A program made the position numbers and the translations under genes. A stretch of DNA of 60,011 nt from a virus (lineage: Duplodnaviria; Caudoviricetes), in the IMG/VR virus record IMGVR_UViG_3300027806_000047, positions 1 through 60,011 of that record. One strand, written 5' to 3'. The notes under the pieces are model-generated. The model was not told where the DNA came from. It worked only from the letters and a program-made list of their open reading frames with translations, and searched no databases. The first letter of the stretch is position 1, and each line of letters begins with the position of its first letter. Below are positions 1 through 9,656 of this stretch, piece by piece.

Positions 1-2
1 CG

Positions 3-314
3 AAGATCAGGGAGCTTCAGGATCAGATCGAACGTCTTGAAGACTGGAAGGAATCAGCCTTGGCGGTTGAACGCGAATGGAACGCGAACGCCATAGCGAC
101 AATGCTTGGCGGCAAGTTGGGCGAGTCTCAGCGCACGGTGATCCAGCGTGAGGTTCCTAAGCTACTGGAACGCATCAAGCGGCTGGAGGAGGCGGGAAAC
201 AAAATGGCGGGCAGGCTGTACGATGGATGGCCGGACCTGGATGGCGACGAAGTCATTGCGGACATGGACGCATTGATCGAGGGCTGGAACGAAGCCAAGG
301 AGGACAAGCCGTGA
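3..314 (+). CDS. small coiled-coil hypothetical protein (5' truncated)
   Basis: Frame is open from the window edge (KIRELQDQIERLEDWKE...). Contains ERIKRLE. Its stop overlaps the next GTG start. Confidence 0.7.
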   Translation, partial: KIRELQDQIERLEDWKESALAVEREWNANAIATMLGGKLGESQRTVIQREVPKLLERIKRLEEAGNKMAGRLYDGWPDLDGDEVIADMDALIEGWNEAKEDKP

Positions 315-517
315 GCCTCGAAGAACGAATCCTAAACATCGCTGAAGGACCGAACTGGTACGACTCCCGCGAACTCCGCGCAATTGCTCTGGACGTCCGT
401 AAGATGGAGGAACGCATCAAGCGGTTGGAGCGTGAGGTGGAACTGCTGAGGTTCTACGGAAACAAGGACTGCACCGCCCAAGCCGATGAGGTGCTAAAGA
501 AGGAGGCCAAGCCGTGA
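311..517 (+). CDS. small hypothetical protein
   Basis: GTG start after AGGAGG, with GTGA overlap at both ends. Shares ERIKRLE and a xKP end with the previous gene. Confidence 0.7.
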   Translation: MSLEERILNIAEGPNWYDSRELRAIALDVRKMEERIKRLEREVELLRFYGNKDCTAQADEVLKKEAKP

Positions 518-720
518 CGAAGCTCGACTGGATTACAATATGGGCTGTCCTCGCCGTCGTGGTCGTTGTGATCATCACCTCGACCCGTTATCGGGTTCAG
601 CAGCGAGCCCACCGTCTCGCCCGTGAGATGATGCAACGCGAAGCCGTCTTCGCCGGCCACGCCGAATGGCGATGCGGAACGAACGGTGAACCCGCATTCC
701 ACTGGAAGGACTGCCCATGA
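514..720 (+). CDS. small membrane protein
   Basis: N-terminal hydrophobic stretch WITIWAVLAVVVVVIIT, SD AGGAGG, coupled start. Confidence 0.65.
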   Translation: MTKLDWITIWAVLAVVVVVIITSTRYRVQQRAHRLAREMMQREAVFAGHAEWRCGTNGEPAFHWKDCP

Positions 721-890
721 AAACACCCGCCCAACGCATCGCCCAAGTCCTGTCCGCCGGCATCGACGGCCCTCCCATGAGCCGAGGGGACGTCGCCGGA
801 GCCTACCGGGCCGCCAAGGCCTACCAGTTCAAGGACGCCCCGTCGTTCTTTACCCGCAAGCCACGCAACCCACGCAAGGGCAGCCGATGA
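717..890 (+). CDS. 57-aa hypothetical protein (not in ORF track)
   Basis: MKTPAQRIAQVLSAGIDG...RKGSR. ATGA overlaps at both ends exactly fill the gap. Confidence 0.6.
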   Translation: MKTPAQRIAQVLSAGIDGPPMSRGDVAGAYRAAKAYQFKDAPSFFTRKPRNPRKGSR

Positions 891-1084
891 ACGACGAAGA
901 CTACGAGAGCCCCGAGGAGGCCCTCAAGGCGGCTCGCGAGGAGATCGCCCACCTCAGGAAGGCCCTGGCAGGCACTCAGCAATGGGTCGGCCGCCTGCTC
1001 TATCACTGCAAGAAGAACAACCTGCCCGTGACCGCCGTCGACTTGCTCGGCGACGAGGGCTGGCTGACACGTCCCAAGCCATGA
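887..1084 (+). CDS. hypothetical protein
   Basis: MNDEDYESPEEALKAAREE..., ATGA overlaps. Confidence 0.65.
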   Translation: MNDEDYESPEEALKAAREEIAHLRKALAGTQQWVGRLLYHCKKNNLPVTAVDLLGDEGWLTRPKP

Positions 1085-1407
1085 GCGAGACCGTCGTGAA
1101 CTACACCGTGCCGCCCACGCACTTCCCGAAGCGGTGCTTGCGCTGCGGATCTGATCTCGAGTGGATGTGCGACGGCTCCCTGGGCCACGTCGGCAGGAAG
1201 GCACCACAGAGCGATTGGGCCGTGTGCCTGGAGCGGCAACTGGTCAACGTGAAGGCGCAGGCCGAGGAGCTACGCAAGCGAGCCAACCAGGAGGCCGAGT
1301 ACTTTGCCGCAGCCATGGCGTTCATCGAAGACTCGGGCCTCCGGCTAGACTCCGCGACCTTGATCGCCTACGTCCACACCGTCAGGGCCCGCAACGAAGG
1401 TCACTGA
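1081..1407 (+). CDS. hypothetical protein with CxxC and coiled coil
   Basis: MSETVVNY...CLRCG...C...C, coupled start. Confidence 0.6.
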   Translation: MSETVVNYTVPPTHFPKRCLRCGSDLEWMCDGSLGHVGRKAPQSDWAVCLERQLVNVKAQAEELRKRANQEAEYFAAAMAFIEDSGLRLDSATLIAYVHTVRARNEGH

Positions 1408-1431
1408 GCGTACCCACAGAGTCCTCCTGAT

Positions 1432-1460
1432 TTGACTTCGGCGCCCGGGACAGGGATAAC
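1432..1460 (+). promoter_or_regulatory. possible sigma70-like promoter for the + strand tail module
   Basis: TTGACT-N17-GATAAC upstream of AGGAGG and ATG 1490. The -10 element is weak. Confidence 0.35.
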
Positions 1461-1489
1461 CCCGGGCAGGTCAGACAGGAGGATTTTCT

Positions 1490-1846
1490 ATGGTTACGGC
1501 AATCGAACGCACCTACAAGGCCCGCCGGGGCGACAAGTGGGAAGGGGAGACCTTCCGGTTCATCACCGAGAACGGGGCGGCCTTTTGGGCCAGCCCTGTG
1601 GTGTCCTCACAACTTCGGCCGACCAAGAACGGGCCCGTCGTCCACACCTTCACGATCACGCCGGCCGTCACGACGGAGGGCAGCAACGGTGTCCTGACGT
1701 GCTCGATCGACCTCTCGCCTGCGGACGCGGCCAAGCTGAACCCGGGCACCTACGTGGGCGACATCGAGGTCAGTTCGACCCTCTGCCCCAAGTCCACCTT
1801 CATCACCTTCACCTTGGAGATCGTCAACGACGTGACCCGCGCCTGA
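1490..1846 (+). CDS. small tail-associated protein (BppU-N-like beta sandwich)
   Basis: RGD...IDLSPADAAKLNPGTYVGDIEV...VNDVTR pattern typical of small proteins preceding fibres. Strong SD. Confidence 0.55.
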   Translation: MVTAIERTYKARRGDKWEGETFRFITENGAAFWASPVVSSQLRPTKNGPVVHTFTITPAVTTEGSNGVLTCSIDLSPADAAKLNPGTYVGDIEVSSTLCPKSTFITFTLEIVNDVTRA

Positions 1847-1853
1847 TCCTGCC

Positions 1854-4541
1854 ATGCCCTCCTCAGACATCATCATCCAGGTTGTGCAGCAGTCGGCGAC
1901 GACTGTGCCCATCCAGATCATCGCGGGCGCTCCAGGACGAGCCGCGACCGTCAACATCGGCAGCACGGTCACGGGCGCACCCGGGTCCAACGCCTCGGTC
2001 ACCAACATTGGCACGTCCTCCGACGCCATATTCAATTTCGTCATCCCGAGGGGGGCCGACGGCCTGCCGGCCACCGTCTCGATCGGGACCACGACCACGG
2101 GAGCGCCCGGTTCCAGCGCCAGCGTCACCAATTCAGGCACTGGGGCCGCGGCCATCCTGAACTTCACGATCCCGAGGGGAGCAACGGGCGACCCCGGCAG
2201 TCCTGGGCAGGCGGCCACCATCTCGATCGGGACCACGACCACGGGAGCGCCCGGTTCCAACGCATCGGTGACCAACTCGGGCACGTCTTCCGATGCCGTG
2301 TTCAATTTCGTCATCCCGCGGGGCGCTGCCGGCGACCCTGGGCAGGCGGCCACCATCTCGATCGGCACTACCACGACGGGCGCACCGGGCACCAACGCCT
2401 CCGTCACCAATGGCGGAACGTCTTCGGCGGCCATCCTGAACTTCACGATCCCCCGAGGCTTGCAGGGAGACGCGGCCACCGTCTCGATCGGGACCACGAC
2501 CACGGGCGCGGCCGGGACCGATGCGTCGGTGACCAACTCGGGGACGTCGTCCGCGGCCATCCTGAACTTCACGATCCCCCGAGGCGTGCAGGGAGACGCG
2601 GCCACCGTCTCGATCGGGACCACGACCACGGGCGCGGCCGGGACCGATGCGTCGGTGACCAACTCGGGGACGTCGTCCGCGGCCATCCTGAACTTCACGA
2701 TCCCGAGGGGAGCGAAGGGCGACACTGGCGACCCTGGAACTCCTGCCACCGTTTCGATCGGAACGACCACCACGGGCGCATCTGGGTCCAATGCCAGCGT
2801 CAGCAACTCGGGCACGGCGTCTGCGGCCATCCTGAATTTCACTATCCCGAGAGGCCTGCAAGGCGACCCAGGGACACCCGGCGCGGCGGCCACCGTCTCG
2901 ATTGGAACCACGACCACGGGCGCGGCGGGGTCGAGTGCAAGCGTGACCAACAGCGGCACGTCATCGGCTGCGGTGCTGAACTTCGTCATCCCCCAAGGAG
3001 CGGCTGGCCCTGCGGGCACTGACGGCGTGGGCTTCAAGACCTACCAGACGCTGCTGACCAACTTTTCTACCAACCAGGAGGCGACCATCACCGGCCTGCC
3101 GCTGGCTGGCAACAAGTGGGGCGTCAGCGTCGTGGAGGAGTGGGATTCTGGCCCGGGTGACTCGAGCTACTCGAGCGTGGCGGCGCTGCTCCTGATGAAC
3201 GGGACCAACGGCAGCACGACCTTTACTGACTCTGGCCCTGGCGGGCTGACCTTCACGGCCAGCAACAGCCCGACGATCAGCACGTCTCAGAGCAAGTACG
3301 GGGGCGCGAGCGGTCTCTTCAACGGCAGCAACCAAGCCCTGCTGTCCACGGCGGCTGCTTCGGCTTGGGCGTTCCTCCACAACGGCACAGCGTTTACGGT
3401 CGAGGCCTGGTTTTACACGGGTTCCACCGCGTACCAGGCTCTCGTCTCTACGTACTCAAGCTCGTCCACATCGGGAATCAACATTGGGATCAACGACACA
3501 AACGCACGGGACGTCGCAGTCGAGATCGGCCGCAGCGTGGGCGGGTCTGTGTTGCGGGCGCAGTCGGCCGGAGGCGTCTGGGCGCTCAACACATGGAATC
3601 ATGTCGCGGTGGTGCTGAACCCCGCAAACAGCACCCTCAGGGTCTACCTAAACGGAGTCCAGGTTGCATCGGTCGGATCTGCTTCGTTCGCTTTCAGCTC
3701 GGCAAATCCGACCTACACGCTGGCTGTGGCGAGGTATCAGGGAGCCACTCCTGGCGGGTACTTTTCAGGGTACCTAGACGACCTCCGCATCACCAATGGC
3801 GTGGCCAGGTACACGGCTGCCTTCACGGCGCCAACCGAGCAGTTGCCGTCGGTACCCCCGCAGGTTGAGACCAAGTACGTAGGCCAGATCGGCGGACTCA
3901 ACGACACCGACGTCGACTACGGCATCGAGAAGCTGTCGGATACCTCGCTGAAGATCCGGAAGATGTCGGCCACCGGCAACCCGGTCGGGGGCGGGGCGCT
4001 CGGCTCCACGGTCAATCGAGTCTATGTCAACATCCAGGACTTCGGGGCTACCGCAGCGTCCCAGGTCCCTGCGGGCGGCACGACCGGACAGGTGCTGACG
4101 AAGGTCAACAACACGGACTACAACGTCGTCTGGGCTACGCCGAGCGCTGGAGGATCGGTCGCCTGGGCGGACATCACGGGCAAGCCGTCGACGTTCCCTC
4201 CGGACACGCATCTCCACGGCATCAGCGACGTGACGGGTCTCCAGGGGGCCCTCGATGCAAAGGCCCCTCTTGCCAGCCCCACCTTCACGGGCACGGTCTC
4301 GGGCATTACGAAGTCGATGGTCGGTCTGGGCAACGTGGACAACACGTCCGACGCCAGCAAGCCGATCTCAAGCGCCACGCAGACAGCCCTCGACGGGAAG
4401 GCAGCTACCAGCCACACCCACGCCATCGCCGACGTGACGGGCCTCCAGACGGCCCTGGACGGCAAACAGAAAACCATCACCAGCGGCACCGCGGCACCCA
4501 GCGGCGGAGTCGATGGCGACTTCTATTTCCAATACACATGA
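1854..4541 (+). CDS. tail fibre with 8 tandem repeats, LamG/ConA-like lectin domain and phage-tail repeats
   Basis: 8x ATVSIGTTTTGAxGxxASVTNSGTSSAAILNFTIPRG with Gly-X-Y linkers. FTVEAWF...WNHVAVV...YLNG...GYLDDLRIT (LamG). HxHxIxDVTGLQxALDxK twice. Confidence 0.85.
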   Translation: MPSSDIIIQVVQQSATTVPIQIIAGAPGRAATVNIGSTVTGAPGSNASVTNIGTSSDAIFNFVIPRGADGLPATVSIGTTTTGAPGSSASVTNSGTGAAAILNFTIPRGATGDPGSPGQAATISIGTTTTGAPGSNASVTNSGTSSDAVFNFVIPRGAAGDPGQAATISIGTTTTGAPGTNASVTNGGTSSAAILNFTIPRGLQGDAATVSIGTTTTGAAGTDASVTNSGTSSAAILNFTIPRGVQGDAATVSIGTTTTGAAGTDASVTNSGTSSAAILNFTIPRGAKGDTGDPGTPATVSIGTTTTGASGSNASVSNSGTASAAILNFTIPRGLQGDPGTPGAAATVSIGTTTTGAAGSSASVTNSGTSSAAVLNFVIPQGAAGPAGTDGVGFKTYQTLLTNFSTNQEATITGLPLAGNKWGVSVVEEWDSGPGDSSYSSVAALLLMNGTNGSTTFTDSGPGGLTFTASNSPTISTSQSKYGGASGLFNGSNQALLSTAAASAWAFLHNGTAFTVEAWFYTGSTAYQALVSTYSSSSTSGINIGINDTNARDVAVEIGRSVGGSVLRAQSAGGVWALNTWNHVAVVLNPANSTLRVYLNGVQVASVGSASFAFSSANPTYTLAVARYQGATPGGYFSGYLDDLRITNGVARYTAAFTAPTEQLPSVPPQVETKYVGQIGGLNDTDVDYGIEKLSDTSLKIRKMSATGNPVGGGALGSTVNRVYVNIQDFGATAASQVPAGGTTGQVLTKVNNTDYNVVWATPSAGGSVAWADITGKPSTFPPDTHLHGISDVTGLQGALDAKAPLASPTFTGTVSGITKSMVGLGNVDNTSDASKPISSATQTALDGKAATSHTHAIADVTGLQTALDGKQKTITSGTAAPSGGVDGDFYFQYT
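1941..3000 (+). repeat. coding tandem repeat, 8 units of 126-144 nt
   Basis: Units 5 and 6 (about 2461-2704) form an almost exact 126-nt tandem duplication. Confidence 0.9.
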
Positions 4542-4708
4542 CGATCCTGGCGGGACAAGACGTGGCGGAGAACACCAACTACAAGACCTCGGTCGGAGGT
4601 GAGTTCAACCCAACGGACCTGGTTCCATGTCAGCGAAAGGACGAAGAAGCATCTGGAACCTGTGCGTTCCTAGCCCTATCAATCCAAGGACATGAAGGCG
4701 GCAATTGA
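4538..4708 (+). CDS. possible 56-aa hypothetical protein
   Basis: ATGA overlap with the fibre stop. MTILAGQDVAENTNYKTSVGGEFNPTDL... fills the gap. Confidence 0.35.
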   Translation: MTILAGQDVAENTNYKTSVGGEFNPTDLVPCQRKDEEASGTCAFLALSIQGHEGGN

Positions 4709-6830
4709 GCAGGTATTCAACGGGTCCCTCGCCCAGGTGGCGCTGGGCGGAGCGTATGACCCCACCAAGATCAACCGGGGCAAGCACACCGGCCAGTTCA
4801 ACCTTGGTTCGGGCGAAACTGACAAGTTCATCGGGCCGAGCCCTGCCGGTGTTGCGAACCTCGCGGAGTCCTCGCTGGCCATCCCGAGTCAGTTTGTGCA
4901 TCCGGTGAAGATTTCCGACGATTTGTTCTGGATTTTCGGGTCTGACGTGGCAACCGCTGCGGCCACCCGGCGCGTGCAGCTTTGGACGTGGGTGCCATCG
5001 ACGAACACCTACACCTTCATCGGCGCGATCACCTGCACGTTCCCCACCGCTACCGTTCACACGGTCCGTGGCCTTCGAGCGATCCTCGAGAACTACACGA
5101 CGGGAACGGCCGGTGTTTCCGGAACCGCGGTCACCGGCTCCGGAACGGCCTGGAACACGGGTCTCTCAGTCGGGTCGCGCATCGGCTTCGGATCGACTGA
5201 CCCGACGCAGATCACGACCTGGTATCAAATCAGCGCCATTGGGTCGGACACATCGATCACGTTGACGGCGTCGGCGGGAACGATCGCTGCGGGCACTCCG
5301 TACGTGATCCAAGACCTGATGATCGTTCAGGCCACGACCAACGCCACCGCTACGAACGGAGGGTTGTTCGTGACCAAGGGCTTGCAGTGGGCGGACTTCC
5401 AGAACCCGGCAACGGCGATTCCGGCGGCGACCACCATCGACAAGATCAAGGCCACCTACTGGCTCAAGGACGCTGCAACGATCACCAACGACGTGATCGG
5501 CGGGTGTGCGTTGGGCGACCGGGATAGCTGGACGCAGCAGTACGTCTACAGCACTGAGGGCGCAGCGACATCTCTGGTGCTGTACCGCTACAACATCCGC
5601 GCCCCCCTGACTCTCACGGCGGGCGCACACACCCTCACGGGCACCGACATCGTCATCACGGGGGCCCAAGCGGTCACTGGCAACATCTCCCAAGCAAACA
5701 ACGGCCGCGTTGCCACCTTGCAGCACGGCCCCGGTTCCGGTGTTCCGTCGCTCTACCTGTTCACGGCCACCCGCATTTTGCGCGTGCCGCTGGCCAACAT
5801 CACCAGCGGCACCACGACCTTTGTCGCCGACCAAATGTCCGAGGTTCCGCCGGGCGGCACGAACACCAGCGTTGCCACAGCCGGCTTCACTTCGATGGAC
5901 GTGGCCGGTTCCCTGGACAAACTGGTCATCACGGGCGCGGCAAGCACTGGCACCGTCTATGTCACCGACTACTACACCGGGGGCCAGCAGATCGATCGTC
6001 GCGCTGGGTGTCTGACGCCGCAACTGCCGTCTGCACTTCGTGACACCGACAGTCCGATCTTCCCGCACAACATCGCTGCCAACGTGCCCTTCATCTGGGT
6101 GGAGGATGGCTGGTTGTTCTGGGTCTATTCCCAGGCCGCCACCGCCAACCTGAACTCCCTGACGGTCTACCCGCTGGCGGCAGACTTGGAGTTTCAGGCC
6201 GAAACTGACAACCGAATCATCTGTCCGAAGATCAACCTGGGTGCCACTCCGGCCAAGTTCTACCGGGCGCTGGTGGCGTGCGCCGAGAACTTGGGAGACA
6301 GCACGATGGGCGTCACGCCCGACATGTACCAAGTGCAGTATCGCACCGCGGGCATCGACGACAACTCAGGAGCCTGGACGACGGTGCCGCAGACGGGGGA
6401 CCTGTCCGGCGTGTCGGCTGCGGCCGAAATCCAGTTCGCGTTCCGGTTCAGGACGGCCGGCGTGATCCTATTGCCGGCCCGTATCCTGTCGCTGGCGCTG
6501 ATCTACGAAACCGCCGACGCTCTCCCCAGCCAGTACCGCTGGAACTTCGGAGACTTCAACGCGACCAACGGAACCTTCGCCTGGATCCAGACGGCGCTTT
6601 TCGGCAGCACTCTTGGAGCCCACACCATCAACGTCTATCGGGCGGACACCAACGCTCTGGTTTTGTCCCAGGCGTCAACCGGAACCACCAACGGCACCTT
6701 CGAGTACTGGAACGGCTCGGCCTGGGTTGCCGGCCTCGGGAGCGATGCTCTCAACACTCGCCGCCGGTTCGTTCCGACGGGCTCCCTGCCTGGCGGCGTT
6801 GACCTCTACGCTACCCTCACCGTCGCATGA
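4692..6830 (+). CDS. virion structural/tail protein
   Basis: 712 aa, Thr/Gly/Ala-rich, beta-strand character, includes VSGTAVTGSGTAW...YQISAIGSDTSITLT. Lies in the fibre module. Confidence 0.65.
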   Translation: MKAAIEQVFNGSLAQVALGGAYDPTKINRGKHTGQFNLGSGETDKFIGPSPAGVANLAESSLAIPSQFVHPVKISDDLFWIFGSDVATAAATRRVQLWTWVPSTNTYTFIGAITCTFPTATVHTVRGLRAILENYTTGTAGVSGTAVTGSGTAWNTGLSVGSRIGFGSTDPTQITTWYQISAIGSDTSITLTASAGTIAAGTPYVIQDLMIVQATTNATATNGGLFVTKGLQWADFQNPATAIPAATTIDKIKATYWLKDAATITNDVIGGCALGDRDSWTQQYVYSTEGAATSLVLYRYNIRAPLTLTAGAHTLTGTDIVITGAQAVTGNISQANNGRVATLQHGPGSGVPSLYLFTATRILRVPLANITSGTTTFVADQMSEVPPGGTNTSVATAGFTSMDVAGSLDKLVITGAASTGTVYVTDYYTGGQQIDRRAGCLTPQLPSALRDTDSPIFPHNIAANVPFIWVEDGWLFWVYSQAATANLNSLTVYPLAADLEFQAETDNRIICPKINLGATPAKFYRALVACAENLGDSTMGVTPDMYQVQYRTAGIDDNSGAWTTVPQTGDLSGVSAAAEIQFAFRFRTAGVILLPARILSLALIYETADALPSQYRWNFGDFNATNGTFAWIQTALFGSTLGAHTINVYRADTNALVLSQASTGTTNGTFEYWNGSAWVAGLGSDALNTRRRFVPTGSLPGGVDLYATLTVA

Positions 6831-7129
6831 GTCTTTTTGCAGGAGGTGGATCGGCCCAACTGGTCCGGGACGTTGGAACGTCCAATGCCGTGCAAGGATT
6901 CCGTGTGTCCGGTGCGCTGCATGGGGCTCGCCGCTCCACCTCTCTGCCGACGACCGTGCTCTTCCAGGCCGGCGACGCGGCGGCCCAGGTCACCCGGGCG
7001 ATCGTCGTCACGGCGCAGCTTTTCCTCAAGGTGTCGGGCTCCTACCGCTCCGGCACCCTCTGGCAGCGCATCGCAGGCACTTGGCGTTCGGGGCAACTGT
7101 GGCAGAGGGTGGCCGGCACTTGGCGCTGA
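6827..7129 (+). CDS. small tail-associated protein
   Basis: C-terminal triple repeat L(F/W)xx(V/I)xG(S/T)(Y/W)R, coupled start. Confidence 0.55.
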   Translation: MSLFAGGGSAQLVRDVGTSNAVQGFRVSGALHGARRSTSLPTTVLFQAGDAAAQVTRAIVVTAQLFLKVSGSYRSGTLWQRIAGTWRSGQLWQRVAGTWR

Positions 7130-7173
7130 TTTCGTTGGAAGAGGCGGCGGGCGTAGCCTAAAGGTTGTGGGCG

Positions 7174-7371
7174 ATGCCTGAGTGCCTCCACCCACGACCG
7201 ACCTGCCTGAGCATCTACGCCGGGCGGGGGATCGAGTGGTGCCCCGACTGCGGGGCCTTTCGGCGCGTCCTGTTCCTGAGCGCCCGCGAGGGCATGGGGA
7301 TGCGTCAGGACGTGTGGGTCTTGCCCCAGCATCTCGACCCAGACCTGACCCAATCCGAACTGCACGACTGA
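7174..7371 (+). CDS. small Zn-ribbon-like protein
   Basis: CxH...WCPDCG, TGATG overlap with the next gene. Confidence 0.5.
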   Translation: MPECLHPRPTCLSIYAGRGIEWCPDCGAFRRVLFLSAREGMGMRQDVWVLPQHLDPDLTQSELHD

Positions 7372-8051
7372 TGCCCGAGCATCCTCCGCACCTACAGCAC
7401 CTGGCCGCAGCCGAGACGGCCTGGAACTGGGCCGCCATGTTCACGGCCTACGCCAACGGCTCCAAGCTCGAGGAGATCAGTCAGATCTTCTCCTGCCCGA
7501 TGCCGGTGCTCCGCCGGGCCGCAACGACTCAGGACTGGGCGAGCATGTCCGCCCAACTGGTGGCGCCCCAGGCCCGCGAACTGCCCGACGTCACCGAGTC
7601 CAGGATGCGCCGCCTGGAGGCCAACCGGGCGAAGAACTTCGAGCTGGCGGACATCCTGCGGGAGAAGCTGCTGAGAGACTTCCAAGCCTTACGGGACGGC
7701 ACCCTCAAGGTCGAGCGAGCCGTAGCGTACAAGGGGGAGGTCCACCACACCGAGGTCGAGCCGGGCCCCCAAGACATGGTCGCCTTGGCCAATGCGGCCA
7801 AGAGCGTCGCAGAGATGACCTACCGCGCATTGGGCGACGTGGCGGCCGAGGACCGGCAGGTGACCAACGGGAAGAACGGCGACGCAGCAAGCATCACCGT
7901 GATCCTGCCTACCGTGGTCCACACGTCCGCTCCGAAGGAGGATCGGCCCGTCCAGGTCGTCGACCTCCGGCCGGCCACTTTCCCCACCTCGCAGCGGCAG
8001 ACGAAGTCGATCTCCGAGGCCTCCGTCATCGACACGCCCACGACCCCATGA
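7371..8051 (+). CDS. probable terminase small subunit
   Basis: N-terminal HTH-like segment (AYANGSKLEEISQIFSCPMPVLRRAATTQDW), central helices, C-terminal ASITVILP strand. Inferred from architecture only. Confidence 0.5.
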   Translation: MPEHPPHLQHLAAAETAWNWAAMFTAYANGSKLEEISQIFSCPMPVLRRAATTQDWASMSAQLVAPQARELPDVTESRMRRLEANRAKNFELADILREKLLRDFQALRDGTLKVERAVAYKGEVHHTEVEPGPQDMVALANAAKSVAEMTYRALGDVAAEDRQVTNGKNGDAASITVILPTVVHTSAPKEDRPVQVVDLRPATFPTSQRQTKSISEASVIDTPTTP

Positions 8052-8365
8052 TCGACACCCGACAACTGCCCGTCGAATACCCCCACATCCGCGAGGACCT
8101 GGTGGAGATGGCCGGCGACGAGAACCTGATCTTCCTCGACGGCTTCGACCACTGCATCACCGGACTGTGCTCCATCCACGGTGAAGTGCCCCGCGTGGCC
8201 TACAGCACCGAGGCAATCATCGAGACCCTCCAGAAGCGCGACGGCATGCCCTACGAAGAGGCGACCGAGTTTTTTGACTTCAACATCGGCGGCCTGCACT
8301 GCGGCCCCTACACACCTGCCCTGGTGCTCTCCGCGCCGGGGGTTGAGATTACCGTAAAACGATGA
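8048..8365 (+). CDS. conserved phage hypothetical protein
   Basis: DGFDHCITG...VAYS...DGMPYEEATEFFDFNIGG..GPYTP pattern familiar from aquatic phages. Confidence 0.7.
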   Translation: MIDTRQLPVEYPHIREDLVEMAGDENLIFLDGFDHCITGLCSIHGEVPRVAYSTEAIIETLQKRDGMPYEEATEFFDFNIGGLHCGPYTPALVLSAPGVEITVKR

Positions 8366-9069
8366 GAGTTCGACCCATCAGCATCACCCAAGCCCTGCCC
8401 GGAGCGATCCCAGGTCACCCGTCCGACGTTTCGCCGGAGGCCCTGATCGTCTACAAGGCCCGCGTCTCGAGCCCCGAGAACCAGGTCAAGCACCTCAACG
8501 GCCCGCGGCTCCTGGCATTCTGCATCCGACACAAGCACTGGAGTCCGTTCGAGATGGTGGACCTGACGATGGAGATCGAGACGTCCAGGGCGATTGCCGC
8601 TCAGATCCTCCGGCACCGCTCGTTCAGCTTCCAGGAGTTCAGCCAGCGGTACAGCGCCGTGGCCAAGCTGGGAGACTTGGTGGAGCCCGTGGAGATGCGG
8701 GAGACGCACGTCGACGGGAACCGGCAGGGAAGCGGGGGTAACATCGGCAGCCGGCCCATCCCCCACGCATCCTATTCAGTCGACGAGATCGCCGACTCGG
8801 CCGTCCGACACGCCGAGCAGGCGTACCGGGAGCTGCTGTCGGCTGGCGTGGCCCCGGAGTGCGCCCGGATGGTGCTGCCTTTGGCGACGAGGACCCGACT
8901 CTACATGAAGGGGTCGGTCCGCTCCTGGATCCACTACTTCCAAGTCCGGTGCGACGGCCACGCCCAGAAAGAGCACCGCCAAGTCGCCGAGGCAATCCGG
9001 ATGGAGTTCAACCTGCTGTTCCCGACGATAGCCCTGGCGCTCGCCCCGGCAGAACCCACCCAGCCTTGA
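8362..9069 (+). CDS. thyX: flavin-dependent thymidylate synthase
   Basis: HWSPFE, RHRSFSFQEFSQRY signature, ARMVLP, AQKEH. Confidence 0.95.
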   Translation: MRVRPISITQALPGAIPGHPSDVSPEALIVYKARVSSPENQVKHLNGPRLLAFCIRHKHWSPFEMVDLTMEIETSRAIAAQILRHRSFSFQEFSQRYSAVAKLGDLVEPVEMRETHVDGNRQGSGGNIGSRPIPHASYSVDEIADSAVRHAEQAYRELLSAGVAPECARMVLPLATRTRLYMKGSVRSWIHYFQVRCDGHAQKEHRQVAEAIRMEFNLLFPTIALALAPAEPTQP

Positions 9070-9598
9070 CGTTGCCGGCGACGGTCCATGCCGCCGACCT
9101 CTGGACTCGGAACCCCAGTTGCGAAGGGCTGATCGGGCGGTGCTCGCCGGCCTGGATCTCCCAAGACTCGGACCCCGGCAGGTCCCCGACCACCAGCACC
9201 GCCCTTCGCACTCGAGTCAGCGTGTCCAGGAGGAGCCGCCGAGCCTCTGAGGATGGCAGGTGCTGGATGACGTCCTTCACCAGGGCGACGTCGAAGATCT
9301 CTCCGGCCGGCAGGTCACGCACCTCACCAGACAGCAGCCGGAGGCATCTGGGAAGCCGCTGGCGGGCTTTCTCAAGCGCGACGGGTGAAAGCTCCACTCC
9401 GGTGTACTCGGCGCACCACGGGGCAATCACGGCGGCCAGGCGGCCGTCCCCGCACCCGACATCCAAGAAGGAATCGCCGGGCTGAATCTGGCCCCGGACC
9501 CACTCGAGGCACGGGGCTGCCGCCTGGGGGTCGCTGCCGGGGCCCGAGCCCCCGCCCCAAGTGTCGTCAAGGTAGATCCGATCGAAGGCGTCCTTCAT
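9008..9598 (-). CDS. class I SAM-dependent methyltransferase
   Basis: FDRIY...WGGGSGPGS, FLDVGCGDG, KDVIQHL. This type often accompanies glycosyltransferases. Confidence 0.85.
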   Translation of the reverse strand: MKDAFDRIYLDDTWGGGSGPGSDPQAAAPCLEWVRGQIQPGDSFLDVGCGDGRLAAVIAPWCAEYTGVELSPVALEKARQRLPRCLRLLSGEVRDLPAGEIFDVALVKDVIQHLPSSEARRLLLDTLTRVRRAVLVVGDLPGSESWEIQAGEHRPISPSQLGFRVQRSAAWTVAGNVKAGWVLPGRAPGLSSGTAG

Positions 9599-9613
9599 GG
9601 GCTTAGGATACAC

Positions 9614-9645
9614 AAAAGCCCCGGCACCTTTCTAGGCGCCGGGGC
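9614..9645 (-). terminator. intrinsic terminator
   Basis: GCCCCGGCGCC/GGTGCCGGGGC stem followed by TTTT on the - strand. Confidence 0.6.
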
Positions 9646-9656
9646 ACCAAAGGGTG

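Noticed and set aside
1941-3000. Regular repeats as a CRISPR array
   Set aside because: In-frame coding repeats with synonymous variation and no unique spacers.
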